From assembly GCA_046563655.1 (NCBI GenBank), contig CM102284.1:8184001-8248000 (forward strand): a DNA stretch of 64,000 bases. The letters run 5' to 3'. A program made the position numbers and the translations under genes. Position 1 is the first letter of the stretch. Every line of letters begins with the position of its first letter. Origin of the DNA: Yuukianura sp. NJ FZ-2021 (Eukaryota). This document shows positions 31,800-45,816 of the stretch, in pieces. The notes beneath the pieces were generated by a model, which was not told where the DNA came from, did not search any database, and worked only from the letters and a program-made list of their open reading frames with translations.

Positions 31800-34700
31800 A
31801 TGGAAAGCGTTAGGAGAAAAACGGAATTTCGAAACAAAGTTTCACTTCGGTTTTGGCTTTACAACGTTGAAATTTCAGCGTGGATCGCTGTATTGGTAGC
31901 AGCGATGATTTCAACATTCAGCGTCCAATTTCCTGGAGCAACAGCAGCGTCTACAACGCGTGAGTTGCCATTTTAAAAACTTTCCCCAAAAGTAAAAAGA
32001 ATTTTGAATTAAGACAAAAGAAGAATTGGTTTTGATTTTTTTGAGCTTTTGTGTTAGGTTTTATGAGCAATCAGAAAGTAAGAAATGACAAGAGTGGGTG
32101 GAATTTTCGGCATAAATTTCCCGAATGTCGGAATGAATTTCCCGAATGTCGGCTTGAATTTCCCGGATTTTATGGACACTTAACCTCTTGAGTCTTGCGT
32201 TTTAGTGTGTCACATTTATGTGCCGTTTACAGGAAATTTTAAGCTCATTTTTTCATACTTAACTTTCTCTTAGTTTTACTTTCTCCACTTTTACTGTCTC
32301 TGCTTTTACTTTCTCCACTTTTACTTCCTCCACTTTTACTTTCTCTTAATTTTAACTGTCTCCACTTTTACTTTTTTTTTAACTTTAATTTTGATAGTCT
32401 TCGGAGATAAGTTTATCCCAGGAAAATTGGGATATGAAAGTGGGGATAAATTAGATATTTAGTTTATCTTTGATTTATGTCCAGAAATTGAAGAAGGTGA
32501 GTTTTTTTAGGGAAAGTCATAACTAAAGTTGTGTTTTTGAGAGATAGAGAAAGTATAGGATAGGAATCAGTTCCACTTTCCGTTTGTTCATAAATTAGGC
32601 TGTGGACGGGAGTGGTGGAGACAAATTGGAAGTCTGTACTTATGAAAGGCAGAGTTGGAATGGACATTTTATTACACTTTGGCAAAGGAAAAGACTTCAA
32701 TAAAAATAAGACTCTAACTTCATGCTCCACTTGAGCCAACTTATTGGCAAAGTGTTTTCTTTTTCAAACTCCCAAAAAGAGAAAGTTTGCACAAACTTTT
32801 TCTTAGTTTGGTAGTAGAAGAGCTCAAATTTGTTTGTTGCTCAAAAGATACTTGGCTTGAGTCTTGTAGTAACAAAAATTCTTACAACTCTTAGTTTTTT
32901 GTGTGTCTGGGACAAAAAAAAAGTTGGTATTTTTTTGAAAAGTTGAGGCTAGACAGATAGAGTGGAGAAAATAAAAGAAAGTTTTGACCCTGGACCAAAG
33001 TCAAATTTTTGTTAACTAAGGGAAATCCATGTCAAAGGTCAAACGTGCTAGAAGTGCCACTGACTAGGTTTTGCAAAAAGAAAAAAAAACGAGAGTTAGG
33101 TTAGTTTTTTTCTGCAAACGTTATGAACTTTTTGGAAAAGATAAAAACTAGGAAAGTGTAGTATGAAAAAAACTACGAGAGTTTCAGCTTTTACGGTTAT
33201 GACTTTTTTGACTTTCTTTTGACCAAGAGGATGCGACGGAAGGACGAGGCTGAAAAATTTTCAAAATTTCGAACTTTTTAAATTTGGTTTGTTCAAAAAC
33301 ACAGTTTTCGAAACTGAGGAGAGAGAATTTGCAAAGTGCTTATGAAAGTTGGAGTTAACTGTGACAGTTTTTGCTGTTTTGGATGTGACGATGACCTCGT
33401 GACCTCTGTGACACAGCAGTCCTTGACACTTGTCACAAACTTTTAAAAGTTGGATTTGAGTATCGAGTAACTTTGTTAAATTAAGTGTCAGATGAGATCA
33501 CAGTTTTAAGTTACGTTTTAATTACAACTTTTATGATTGTGATTGAGCAAAAACTTGTTTATGTCATTGCAGTTTAGTTTCAATTTCAATTAACTGTGTG
33601 TTATAATGACTTAACTACTCTAAAGATTAACTTAACTGTATTTAACGATGAGAAATTAAAATTAGTTTTAGTACATCGATTTTTACACAAAGTACTTTGA
33701 CTTTATCAGACAACTGCACCGGAAAGTAAAAACTTGCAATTTTAAAGTAAAAACTTGCAATTTTTAAGGTAAAAAATTGCAATTTTTAAAGTTTCGTGGA
33801 AATGAAAAGTGATAAAGCTGCCCATTACGACAGAAAATTTTAGTTTTTCGGAGAAAAGAGAAAACTCTTTATTATGATTGGGAATTGCACAAATTTTTTA
33901 AAAAGAGACACGCATGGATATTTCTAATTAAAATTGGCACGAAGCCTAGTGTTCTGGAAGTCTTTTAGAGGAAAATTTTTGAACATTTTGAAAAAGTGAA
34001 ATTTTGAAAGTAACTGTTAAAAGTAGAAGTGGATGAAGTCGGGATGACCTCGTGACCTTGTGCTGCCAGCCTCAGCAGCCTTGGACGTTTTTTTGCAGTC
34101 TGCACGAACTTTGTCCTCACCTCATAAATCCATTCTGTTCAAGAAGACTGCGTAACGAGGGAGAAAGTAAATAAATCACACAAGTCCCAAAAGCCCGGTT
34201 TCTGTTTCTGTCAAACTAGTTTCTTAGCATCCAACTTACCGACAAACACAACTGAGTCCTTTACGACTTACTTTTTACCTCAAAAACTTCCATTTTCAAA
34301 CAAAAAGTACAATTTTTGGACTAAAAACGTCCATTTTCAAACAAAAAGTACAATTTTTATAACTAAAAAGTCTCATTTCTGAACATAAAGTAAAGTTTTG
34401 GAATCATAAAGTTTAATTTCTCAACGAAAAGTTCAATTTCATTTGTTAGAGAAAACAAAAGTTCGAAAGTAAAGAAAAAGTTAGGCAATTTACTGTTTAG
34501 ACATTTGCACATTTTTTGAAAAAAAAAAATTATTTTAATTTTTTTGTAAATATTGGCCGGTTATGCCTACGACACATTTGTTGTTTCAGGCCAAGGATGA
34601 ATTTTTGTGTTTTCTTCTAAATGTTTTTGTTGTGTGTGTTTTTTCTTAGAACAATTTTGCAAAAGTTTCGATTTAAAGTGAAAGTGAGGCGAAAGATGTT

Positions 34701-37700
34701 GTTTTTGTTTAACTTTTTGTTTCTGGTGAAACTTTTGTTTTTATTTTTCTGAGAGGTGGTTTGTTCTTTTTGAGGTTTTCTTCTCTTTCTTTTAAAATTT
34801 GGTGGTTTTTTTTCTCTTTTTCTCTTAAAATTTGGTGGTTTTTTCTTCTTCTCTTGTAAATTTGGTGTTCTTTTCCTTTTCTTGTAAATTTGGTGGTGCA
34901 TTGGTCCATAAATCTTGAGTAAAGTCTTTTTGGAAGTTTATTTTGTGAAATAAATTCCATTGCATTAAATTCCCCTTGTCTGTTCCCCTTACTTTCTCCC
35001 GCCAAAGTTACAACTTTCTCTTCCCCTGTCATCTCTCCCTTTGTCTTCACTTTGCACAAAACCAAATCCAACTCCTCCTGACACTTCCTTTCTTACAAGT
35101 CACTACGAATACCGTAAACTTCCAAATAATTCCCAAAAAACTAAATTTTAATATCTTACACCGCCTAGATACATGTTGTACAGTCTCCTACCAACAGACT
35201 GGATACGATGACAACTTCAGGCAATATTTGAAGATTTACGGTATTTTTTGTTGGACGTAGTGCATAGTAAGGGCCTCATGCCAAGAATACGTCCGAGTTG
35301 GACAGGCCGAGTTGTGAGTCAGAGTCATTGGCCCTCCTTGTCTCGTTTGCACAAAGTTACCCGCTTACCTTCAACTCCGAATTCCGTCCGTGGCCAAAGT
35401 CAACTCAAAGTTTTTTTTTCACCCCGAGAAAGTTTTTGGTTCGTGGAGAAAACTTTGGAATTTGAACATGAAAATAAGCCCAAGAATGAAATAATTTTTT
35501 ATGTTTTAGAAACTCTTTTCTTCTCCTTTAAAAAAAATTGGACAGAAAAAGTTAAAAAAATTCTTTTTTAATTCTGTAAATGGAGAAGCGACATAAGGAC
35601 TAAAGGGATTTCCAAAAATTGCACATTTTTGCATTGCGGACAGACAATCTTGCAAAGTGGAGAAAGTCTAAAAGTAGGACGGTTTAGCAAAACTGTTGTT
35701 ATTATCCCCAACTATTTCAGTTTTTTTGAACAAAATTTAACAAAAAAGAAAAAGAAAGTTTAAAAAAAAATTCTTTGCATTTTTTGCAGTGGGAAGCAGT
35801 GAAAGTCGACTTTCACAAATCCAGAACGAACAACCACAGAAAATCTTTTGCCAGTTCAACAAAAAAGAGTACTCACCAGGAGATGTTTGGTACTTAATAT
35901 ATTATAATTCATTAATATATTATATAATATGTTAATAAATTACGTAATATTTTAATATGACACGTATTATTATTAATATCTTAAAGTGTAGTAAGGTGGG
36001 ATTAATATTTTGTTAACTTTAAATAGCATTTTCGAAAATGAATATTTTCAGGTACCCACCAGTGGCTATGCGCTCATCAGTCAGCATCTGTATTCGGTGC
36101 ACATGTCTGAATGTAAGATTTTCAAAAACACAAAATTTTGAAAATTCAAAAACTTTTTTTTTGAAAAATTAAAATTTTGGATAGACTGGTCGACTAAACT
36201 GTAGTCAAGAAGTGTGTCCCACCAATTGCGAAGATAGCAGTGACCCATGTTGTAAAACTTGCTCGGCTGGTCCGAACCCCACCGTCACTCGAGACAGAAC
36301 CCCCGACATCATGTTACCCCCCAAACTGGGGGCTGTTAAGCAGGGGGTCATGTCAAGGTCAGAGGTCATGTCAAGGTCAGAGGTCACGTCAAGGTCAGAG
36401 GTCATTGACCCCAACGGGGGGTCAACAGAAACTGACGACTCAGACTCTGACGACGAGAACGTGTCCTGTCTCCACCAAGGTCGAATCTATCGAGATCGTG
36501 AAGTTTTTACCGCAAACGTCTCTGGCCTTCCAATTGCCACAATCGATCAGTGCATGCAGTGCCAATGTCAGGTAAAGGTCAAAGATCAACTTTTAAAAAA
36601 GTTCAAAATTTCATTTTTTTTTCATAATTTCATTTTTTTCAAAATTCCAGACCGGAATGGTTTTGTGTGCCATGAAAGCTTGTTCTGCAATCAAATGTAG
36701 TCTGGTGGACTTTGCAAATTCTGCGCCCGGAAGAGGCGATTCTTGCTGTCATCGTTGTGCCGGTAAGTTTAACAAAAATCAAAATTTCAGAGAAAAAATC
36801 GAAATTTCAAAGTTTACAAAGGTCAGCGAGGTCATTTTTTTCGGTTTTTTGAATCACCAGAACCAGAATCGTCCTGATCTGTTTCATTTCTTGTTTTTTT
36901 TTCTCAATTTTTTTTCCCTCTGCGTCACCAAATTTCCCTGACGCACTTTGCTCTTTAATTTGACGTTGTCAGCCTTCATTTTGACTTTACCCGGAACAAT
37001 CTCCTGCGTTTGTATTAAAAACCCGAAAAAAGTGGAAGTGAAAGTGCCAGAAGTTGTGGAGAAAGTGATAACTTTTTTTTTTTCGATGGAACACCACAAC
37101 CATAAACCATGAAATGCATCCTCTCTCTTCTAATTTCTCACAAAATGAACAGAAAGCTCTATTTTTGAACAACATTTCTCAGAATTTTTGTGTTTTTTGA
37201 AATTAGAGTTGGTGAATCGCATCTAAACAGATCCTGCATCTCCAATTGACTCATCATCCTTACTCTCTGCTTCCATAAAAACGATAGGTTTAGGTTATGG
37301 TTAGGTTAGTTTAAGTTAGTTGCATCCATTCAAAGTTTAATGATGCACCAATAGTGCGGAGCGATGAGCGGGAAGAGGAAGCGAGAGCTTTTAGAGCGGA
37401 AGGTTAACAAATAAGAACACAAACCATCTTTCGGAAATAGCTCCAAATTCATTCTCAGAAAAAGTGGGCATTAGGTAACTCAACACTAAACAAAAACCAA
37501 ACACAAAAGGTCAAAACGTTTACAATTTCAAAAAAAAAAACACATTTTCAAAAAAAGAATCACCTTACGTGATTTTTCGGTTAGTACTTTCACCGCGTCG
37601 TAACTTTCCAAACTGCGAAGGAAAGTTTCCTCAAAAATGATTTGGTATGCAAAAAGTGTTTCTACAAAATTATTTCTAAAGAAAGTATTTTTAGAAAAAG

Positions 37701-40700
37701 CGTTTCTGCAAAAAGGATTTCTACAAAAAGTGTTAAAGTGTTTCTAGAAAACTGTTTCTACAAAACGTGTTTCTAGAAAACTGTTTATACGAGAAGTGTT
37801 TCTTGAAAACTGTTTCTACAAAAAGCGTTTCTACAAAACTGTTTCTCCAAAAAGTGTTTCTAGAAAAGTGTTCTTTTTTTTTCTTACAAAACCTGCAGTT
37901 TTTTTAAATTGGAAAAAGTGGGTTAGGTTATGCTCGTTTTTATGTTAACAGGAAATGAGTTTTTGTTGGAATTAGTCATCGTGTCAATTACTTGTGTAAA
38001 GAACCATGTGTGTGTTCCACTAACTCTCAGGAGATACAAACATAAATCATTCTTGGAAAAGTAGACTTTTCTAAAGGTCAACAATACTTTTAGTTTACTT
38101 TTTAGAAGAAGTTTAGTGAAAAAAGTAAAAGTAGAGCATGATGGTTAACTATCCAGTTTAAGCGGATTGCGTTGAAGTGTGTAGGTGGATGTGGGTTGTT
38201 GATGTAAACGCAGAGGTTCAAAACACTTTCTCCCTCAAGCGAACTAAAAAGCAGGAGATTAACTGTGCAAATCAGTGGAAAAGTAGAAAGGTTTTGTTTT
38301 GAAACTGACGAATCAGGGGAAGCTAATGGGTTGCGTGGGAAGGGGATAGTTTAACATGTGATTCATCAGTTTACACTAGATTAGAACAGTCAGTGTAAAT
38401 GTCAATTGACTATGAAAATAACAAAGGGAAAACATTTTCAAAAAAGTAAAAAAAAAATTGGAAAAAAAATTTTTTTTTTTACTATTTTCAGAAATTTTAA
38501 AATACGACAGTGCGAGTAAGGAGGAAAGTAATTTGGAATTTAACGAATTTCTATGTGAATCGTTTCAATTTGAAATATGAAAATTTTGAATCCGTATTTC
38601 TGAAAAGTGCTGATTTTGGAAAAGTGACTTTTTGAAAAGTTTGTATTTTTCGAAAAATTTGTATTTTTTGAAAAGTGGTGAAAGTAAGCGTAAATGAAAA
38701 CGGAACTATTTCATGTTTGAGGGTCAACGACCTTTGAGTTGGTTGTTCCGGAGTCTAATGTCCGTAATTGCGGAACTTTGAAATTTGGAAAGTTCAAACT
38801 TAATTTCCAAATCGTGTTAGAATTTTTTCCGTTTCAAAACAGCCTCGCATGACCCAGGAAGTTTTTCTAAAAAAAAAGTTGTAGGAAAACAGTCCGTTTT
38901 TTCTGCGTTTAAGTCGCAATTAAGCACTTTCTCCACGTGTATTGACCAGAAAGAGGACGAAGTTCGTCACAAAAAAACAAAACTTCCTGCGTTAATCCAA
39001 AAATAGACACAAAAAAGTTTTTGATTGTCACTTGAATATTTAAAAGCAGTGGAATCTAAAGTTACAAACGCTGAAAAGGTGAAAGGAGCACAACAGAAAA
39101 AATTGAAGAGAAAGTTTCTGGATGTTTGGCTTTTGAAAACAGCAGAAAAAACGCCAAAATCAAAAAACGAAAAGAAAAAACACAGATAGCAAATTGATCT
39201 TTTTTTGTTTTGAACACGCAGAACTTTTTAGCGCCAATTTTTTGTTGGAACTTGAAATGGTGAAAGCAGGGAAGTCAACTGTGATTTTTTACCAAGACGA
39301 ATGAAAAAGTGAAAAGTGAAGTTGATGTAAAAAGCTTTCAAGAAAATTTCAATTTGAAAATGTAGCAATGTGAAAAATTAGTTTGTGTCCGATTGCTTTC
39401 TCTTGAAAGTCATAAAAAGCGGGGGAGTAAAAGTCAGAGTAACTATTGCGGAAGTTCCAATTTTGTCATAAAGTCATTTCTGCTAAACTCCTACTTTTGT
39501 TTCGACTGCTTCAATTGAATTAAGTACAAATTTAACGACTGTCATCACTTTCTGTTCAGAATGGTACTGCCAGCACTAATACTGCCAGCATTCATACTGC
39601 CAGTACTTGCCAGTACTGCACTTGGCAGGCCACACAAAAACAGAAATGGAGAATTTAGGAGTTGACTTTCCCGCCATAATTATTATTGTTGGCAACGAAA
39701 ACACATTGAAAGTAAACATAAATTGAAGAGAGACAGAAGCCAACAGCCAATCAGAGCGCTTTCTTTCTTTCTCCTTTGACTTTCACTTTCTCTCAAGTTT
39801 CAAAATTACGAAACAAGATTTTCAAAATGAAAAGTGAGACGCCAAAAAACGAAAAGTGTGGGTGGTGACAGGTAGAATTTCAGACAATTCAGAGGATTAG
39901 TGTCACCCAAAAAAAACTGAAAGTGAAAAGTCGCTTTCTCCGGAGAAAGGACGCCTCCTGTTTTGAATTTAACAAAGGCGTTTTCCCAAGACAATTTTTC
40001 GCGCCAATTCCGCGCTCTTGAACTGTATTCCATTTTAAATTCAAAAGAACTTTTTCGCGCCGTTTTGCGGAGGAGGTTTCAGTGAAAAGTTCAATTAATC
40101 CTGCTGATTTGTTGCGCTAATTACTTTGGAGCGAAACACTTTCTTCTCTAAAACTTTGCAAAAGTTAAAGGTGGCAATGTGGTTAGGTGACAACGGTGGT
40201 GGTGACAGGACATTTCTGGAAGTTGTTGCCATGTTGCCATGGTTGCCATGGTCCTTCCAGAACATCCTGGTCATGACTTCGGTTTTTGGTGGAAAACGAC
40301 GACATTTGTGGGAGAGACGGAGTTTATAGCCCATTAACTCTTAGCTTGACGCATCTCTCTTCTTTGGTTAAAGCATCAGGAATTAATGACCTTTGGATTA
40401 CGACCAGTCACTACACTCTAAATTTCTCAAAATGAAACTAGTTTAACATTCTCCATGGAACATGCGATGTGGTCAAAGTTCGTTCCGCCTTAGTGGGTGG
40501 CGGAGGATCGCTTCTCAGTGTCGGCTCTTTTTTTTTCTTGTCAGGGCTTCAAATCGGGCTCAAATTGAGCATTTCCGGAAACTTGGAGTTCATCACGCTT
40601 TTTTGTGTTTTGAGTTTCGTTTTATGCGCTTTTTGTGTAGGGATGTACACAAAGTGTATGACTTTGTGTGTGGGTGAAGTCCTGTTTTGTGTGTGATTAA

Positions 40701-42776
40701 GCGATGAAAGTGGAATTTTATGGCTGAAGGCTTTTGTGGAAGTTCACTCCTGTCAATCCGTTTGTTCTCGAGTGAAAAGCGCTGGAAAAGCGCTGGAGCT
40801 GGAAGCGCTGAAAAGGAAGGGCTGGAACGACAAAAAGTATCAAATTAATCTTGTGCACACATCAAAAAATCCAAGGCATGATTGATATCCAAACGGAGCT
40901 TTTCTGATTTTTTCTTGTAACTTTAGAAAGTTGTGTAGTTACTTTACAAATCCCACTCAAAAGTGTTTTCTTTCAATCCTATTTTTCAAAAAAAAGAGCT
41001 TTTTCAAAAAACCGTTTTTTTAAAAAGTGCTTTTTTTGTGCTGAAACACTTTCACTTCCAGCTTCAAACTTCCTTCCTTCGTGTCTGTTGTGATTCTGAC
41101 TAAAGCGTTGACCTTGAAGCGTGACCTCCATGACTCTGCGCAAAATGAAACTTTATGTTTTGAATTTTGAAAATTTTGAAAAATTTTTTGCGTTTTAGCA
41201 TGGAAGTCAAATGGGAGTGGACAGAGTAGCCTTCAGACGTCAGGAGATGAAGTAATCCAGAGCCGAGTTGTGAGTAACCACGTGATTAAAGATGCAAGTC
41301 AACAGTCCAGGAGCAGTGACAGGGTGACGATTGGTCCAGGGGTGTCCAGGGGCAGGGGTCATGTCACTTCGTCACTGTCCCAACCTGGTCCGTCACTTGG
41401 GCCACCCAAGGTCATGTCAAGTTTGTCCTTGGACAGTTCCGTTGTCACTTTTAGAGACGTCACGAGCGTCAACTCAGCGGCGGGAGCGAGGTCAACCCAG
41501 AAACCGGCGGAGGATTGCATCTCATCTGGATTGTAAAACAAATCATAATTTTGAAAAATTTTAGGAACAAAAGTTCAAAATTTTGAATGTTTTGCAGATT
41601 CTATCTTCATGGGGCAACGTGGCATCCTACCATTGGTCCCTTCGGGCCCATGGAGTGCGTCTCCTGCAAATGTAGCCATGGACAAATTGAGTGTGGCAGG
41701 TAAAGACTGTCATAATTTGAACTTAAATTCCGAAATTTTTTCAAAATTGCAAGTTTTCTTTTTTCAAAATTTCGAAACTTTCAGGCTGAAGTGTCCATCA
41801 AGGCGAGAGTTACCTTGTGCAAATCCACTAAAAGTCGAAGGTCACTGCTGCCCCATCTGCACTTCCCCGAACGACAAAACTTTTGAAGGTCAGTCCGACA
41901 TTTCTGAAACTCCGACGAAAAGTCAGTCTCCTAAAAACGCTTAGGAGTTTAATAGTTATTTTTGTGGTTGAAGTAAGGATTAACTACTATCATCGTAGCT
42001 TTACAGTGTTGCCACTCCGCCATTTTCTGTGGCTACACTGGATGGCTACATCTGAGTGGCAACTAAGTAGCCATCTTAATCTAACCTCAAGTGGCAACAT
42101 TAGTTTCCGCAAAGTGTAGCCACCATTGTAGCCACTCAAAATGGCGGATTGGCAACACTGCGTAGGCAATGAAGCTCGTTAAAACTTACCCCAACCAATT
42201 TTGTAAAATTATTTTAGTTAATTAGTTGTAAAATTAATTAGTGAGTTAAACTAATTAATTGTGATTTTTTTTCGCCAGAGGGCACAGCTCTATGTGTTTC
42301 GGCCAAACAGGACATAACTGCCTTCAAGTCGTCTGGGATTGGTGGAAACGATACCGAATACATAGAGTTTGCGTTCCTGCGTCCCCGAAGACTCACGGGG
42401 ACTTCCGAAGCACAAGTGGAGCGACACGAGTGGAAAATGCTGGCAGCACAAATTGAAGAGTTCACGACGCAGTACTTGACACCGTCCCAGTTCGATACGC
42501 TAAGAAATAGACAAGGATTCACACTTCTCGGAGCCACAAATGAAAGTAAAAACTCAAAATTCAACTTAAAAGTCAAAATTTTGAAATCATTTTTCAAAAA
42601 ATTCCATTTTTTCAGAAAACGTAGAGAAGTTTACTCGAAGAGAGAAGAAATTAGAGAAACGCTGTACCAGTCGCTGCAAAGTTCGGATTTCCAGTCTCGA
42701 GCGATCCCTGCGTCTCCACAAGCTCATTTCCAGAAGTCAGTGTTTGAGTCACGAGAGGATGGTCCACACTGTTTGA
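31800..42776 (+). CDS. CHRDL1: Chordin-like secreted protein (CHRDL1/2 type): signal peptide, three VWC domains, CHRDL C-terminal domain
   Basis: Hydrophobic exon 1 (31800-31959). VWC1 FCQFNKKEYSPGDVWYP...CIRCTC...CCKTC; VWC2 SCLHQGRIY...DQCMQCQC...DSCCHRC; VWC3 YLHGATWHPTIGPFGPMECVSCKC...GHCCPIC. Tail VERHEWKM...F...EKRCTSRCK resembles the vertebrate CHRDL C-terminus. Stop TGA at 42774-42776; splice phases are consistent. Confidence 0.8.
37655..37870. repeat. Degenerate minisatellite (TGTTTCTACAAAA / TGTTTCTAGAAAAC) in a chordin-like intron
   Basis: More than 10 copies of a 14-15 bp TTTCTA(C/G)AAAA motif. Confidence 0.8.
42004..42160. mobile_element. 157-bp hAT-like MITE in a chordin-like intron
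   Basis: TIR CAGTGTTGCCA...TGGCAACACTG with further inverted TCCGCCATTTT and GTGGCTACA blocks. TSD is not clean. Confidence 0.75.
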
Positions 42777-43490
42777 ATTTTGGCGGGAAAAAATGGCGGA
42801 AGTCCCTGATTGGTCCAAAATTGAACCAATCACAAATAAGACTCGGAGACTCCGGACTCCACCGAACAAACACCACCGTAATAAGAACAAAAAACGTTTT
42901 GCTTCCTCGGTTTAATTTCGTTGTGCAATTTTTAGTCTTTTTCAAAAAGTGCAAACTTGAAATACTTGAACTAAATTTTTTGACCTTTGGAAAGGTCAGA
43001 GGTCAAAACGTAATTTTTTGACCTTTGACCTTTTTAAAAGGTCAAAGGTCAAAACTCCACAAACTTTGTATAACACTTATTAACCTGAGTAGTGAGATAT
43101 TTAATGAGGCTTTACAGTAACATTTTAATTAAGTAATTAGAGTTAAATTAATTAAGTTTTAAGCAGTGAAACCGGAAAAGTTTATTTATTTTAACAGAAA
43201 AGTACCTTTTTAGTGCTAAGTTTTAAATTTTAATGAAAAACAGAAACAGTTGTGATTTTTTTCGTTTTTCAAACGTTATGTCCCACCGTGTCTCTCATTT
43301 TTAAGGCATTTATAATTAACTCTCAATTAATTAATTTTCAGTTTAAAACTGACGAGCCAAGGTTCTTCATGCGTTGGTTAAATAATAAATTCCTAGTCGT
43401 TCAAATTCCAAAATATCCTTACTCCCTCCAATCCATGAATCTCTGGAGACACAGATTTCCAAATTTCGAAAAAATTGAAAATTTCGAAAT

Positions 43491-45269
43491 TCAGGTTTTC
43501 TTAGTAAAGAAAGATGTCATGGTCAACTGCTTCGTTTTTGGGCCGCTGCCACCAGATTTTGAAGAACTTTTCTTAGGTGCTGTGGATTTCTTGATTGGTG
43601 GCGACGTATTTGAGGAGGACGAAGACGAACCTGGGCCTTTTGTGTCACTTTTCGTACTTTTAGAGGCTTCTGATGACCCCCGTGACCCGCAACCTTCATC
43701 TTCTTGTTTTCCTTTCTTCTTTGACGTTTTGTCAACGTTTAGGTTTTTGTTTTCTCCTGAACTTTTCTTCACTGGTTGCGGCTCTTCCTCTTCCTGTTGT
43801 TGTTCCTCTCCTTCAGATTCCGATTCAGAAACTTTTTCACGCTTGGTAACTAAAATAAAATCATTGGATTTGCCATTTAGAGCGAAAATACGCAACAGAA
43901 TTTTGAAAACATTGATTTTTTTTAATTGTTGTTACCAAGAAATCCGTCTTCATCCATAACTTGGGTAGTGACGACCTTTGTTTTGCGTTTCTTCTTTGCT
44001 GGTTCACTGGATTGACTCACGGTGAAGTAACTGTTGGATCTAATCGTCGGCTTGACGTCTTCTTCATCCGAATCGTTCTGTGTTTTAACATTGGAATCCT
44101 CTTCGTCAGACGAATCACTCAAAACGCGAATCCGCCTTCGACGAGATTCGGAGTTCCTGGGAGGTGGAGACGCTGGTTCAGGGGCTTTGCGTTTCCTCTG
44201 CTTCTTTTTAACTGGTGAAGGAGGGGAAGGTGCTGGAGAAGATTTGGAACCACAACCATCATCTGACTCTGAATCTGAATCAAGTACGTCTTTGTATCCC
44301 TCGAAAGGAGTGGCAGCAGGTTTCTTCGCAGGAACAGATTTGACAATCTCCAGTTCGTCATCGGACTTTGGTTGTTTCTTAACACTGGAGACTGGCACTG
44401 GTTTGGATTTGGCTTTAGCAGCGGCTGTCCAAGGCGATGAAGGTTTCGGTTTTGGTTTGACGATAGTTACGGCCTTCTTGTTTCCGGTAGATTGAGCTTC
44501 AGGTTTTGCATTATCTTCAGACTTTACTGCGACTGGAGACGAAGAAGTACTGGCAATTGGATTGGTCTTGGGAACGATTGTTTTGAACGGTCCAAGGCTA
44601 AGTGGGATTCAACGAAAATTAAACGACTGAGCAAGTTATGATCATCGAAATTTCAACTTCAGTACCTGATGCTGGATGCTTTCTGAACATTAGGTTCCGT
44701 AGTTGACATTTCTCTGAATCCTTTCGACAGCATTTTCATGACGGAGCCAGAATCTTGACTATCGTCACTCATGTCGATAGTTCCAACTGCATAGACATGT
44801 ACTGACGATAAGGTACTAAACTTCTTGGTTATTGCCTCCAGATTGTCATCCCGGCAAATAGTGGTTGTCCATATGACGTCTCCAGAATCAGATTTGATCG
44901 TTCCTGATACATAATACAAAGCGTAGACTCGGCGTTTCGAATCCACAGCGTTTTTTCCTTTCCTCGCTTTTTCTTCTTCATAAAACTGGTAGAGCATCCT
45001 TAGAATAAAAAATATAATCAAAAAATTTGCGAAACTTGAGGAAAGAAGGAAGAAAGTCCAGTTGCAGTAGCCTTACTGTTTTGCTAGGTTTACATTCACA
45101 CCAAGGGCGACACTAAGATATTGGTACGTGACCTGTCAAAAATCCATTGTCTTTGAAGTAAATTGGTCATTTTTTAGCAATTTATGATTTCCATTACCAG
45201 TTTGCGGTCATCGTAAATCCACTCGGCTAGGTTTTCCTTGAACAGTGTATCCGTAGTCTCGCAACCCAT
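43491..45269 (-). CDS. POLD3: DNA polymerase delta subunit 3 (p66/Cdc27)
   Basis: N-terminus ENLAEWIYDDRKLVTYQYLSVALGVNVNLAKQMLYQF, MDEDGFLVTKRE motif, C-terminal PIP box KQLTMTSFFTKK. Confidence 0.92.
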
Positions 45270-45816
45270 CGTCTTGTACTACTGCCCAAAATGTAACTAT
45301 TGGAAAAATAATCAATGTGGAGAGTAAAACAACAGTAATCACTGAAAAAACGATTTTTCCGATTTGTTCGTACCGAATCACGTTCACGTAAGGTAAGATT
45401 TTATAGAGGTTTTGTTTTGTTTTGCCGCGTTTAAATTTAATTCCCGCTCAAAAGTTACTCAAATCAAGTGTATACAAAAACAAGGATTCGTATTGAGTTC
45501 TTCCCTTCATTAAATAAATAACTCACACTTATAGCTTTTTGTATTAAGAAAAACCAAAACAGAAAGTGAGAAGAGAACTCTTAACTGTGGAAGTAATCTC
45601 AATTAGTAACTTAATTAATAATTAATTCAGAAACACTAAATTAGAATCATTCAAATTTAGGTTCGCTCCGCAATAATAATTAGCGAAATTTCTGCAGGCG
45701 CCAATATTTGAGTTCTCAAACTAAAAAGGTAAATTGCCATTCAACCTTGCGATATTGCAATTGCAACAGTCATTTCGCAATTGCAATTCAATTGCAACTG
45801 AACTCAAAACAGCATG

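Noticed and set aside
34617-35071. Lys-rich minus-strand ORFs in the chordin-like intron
   Set aside because: They derive from T-rich AAATTTGGTGG low-complexity repeats and show no domain signal.
37285-37320. Interstitial TTAGG telomeric repeat
   Set aside because: Only a few degenerate units are present, too short to support.
43252-44495. Plus-strand ORFs of 153-235 aa
   Set aside because: They are antisense shadows of the low-complexity POLD3 exons.
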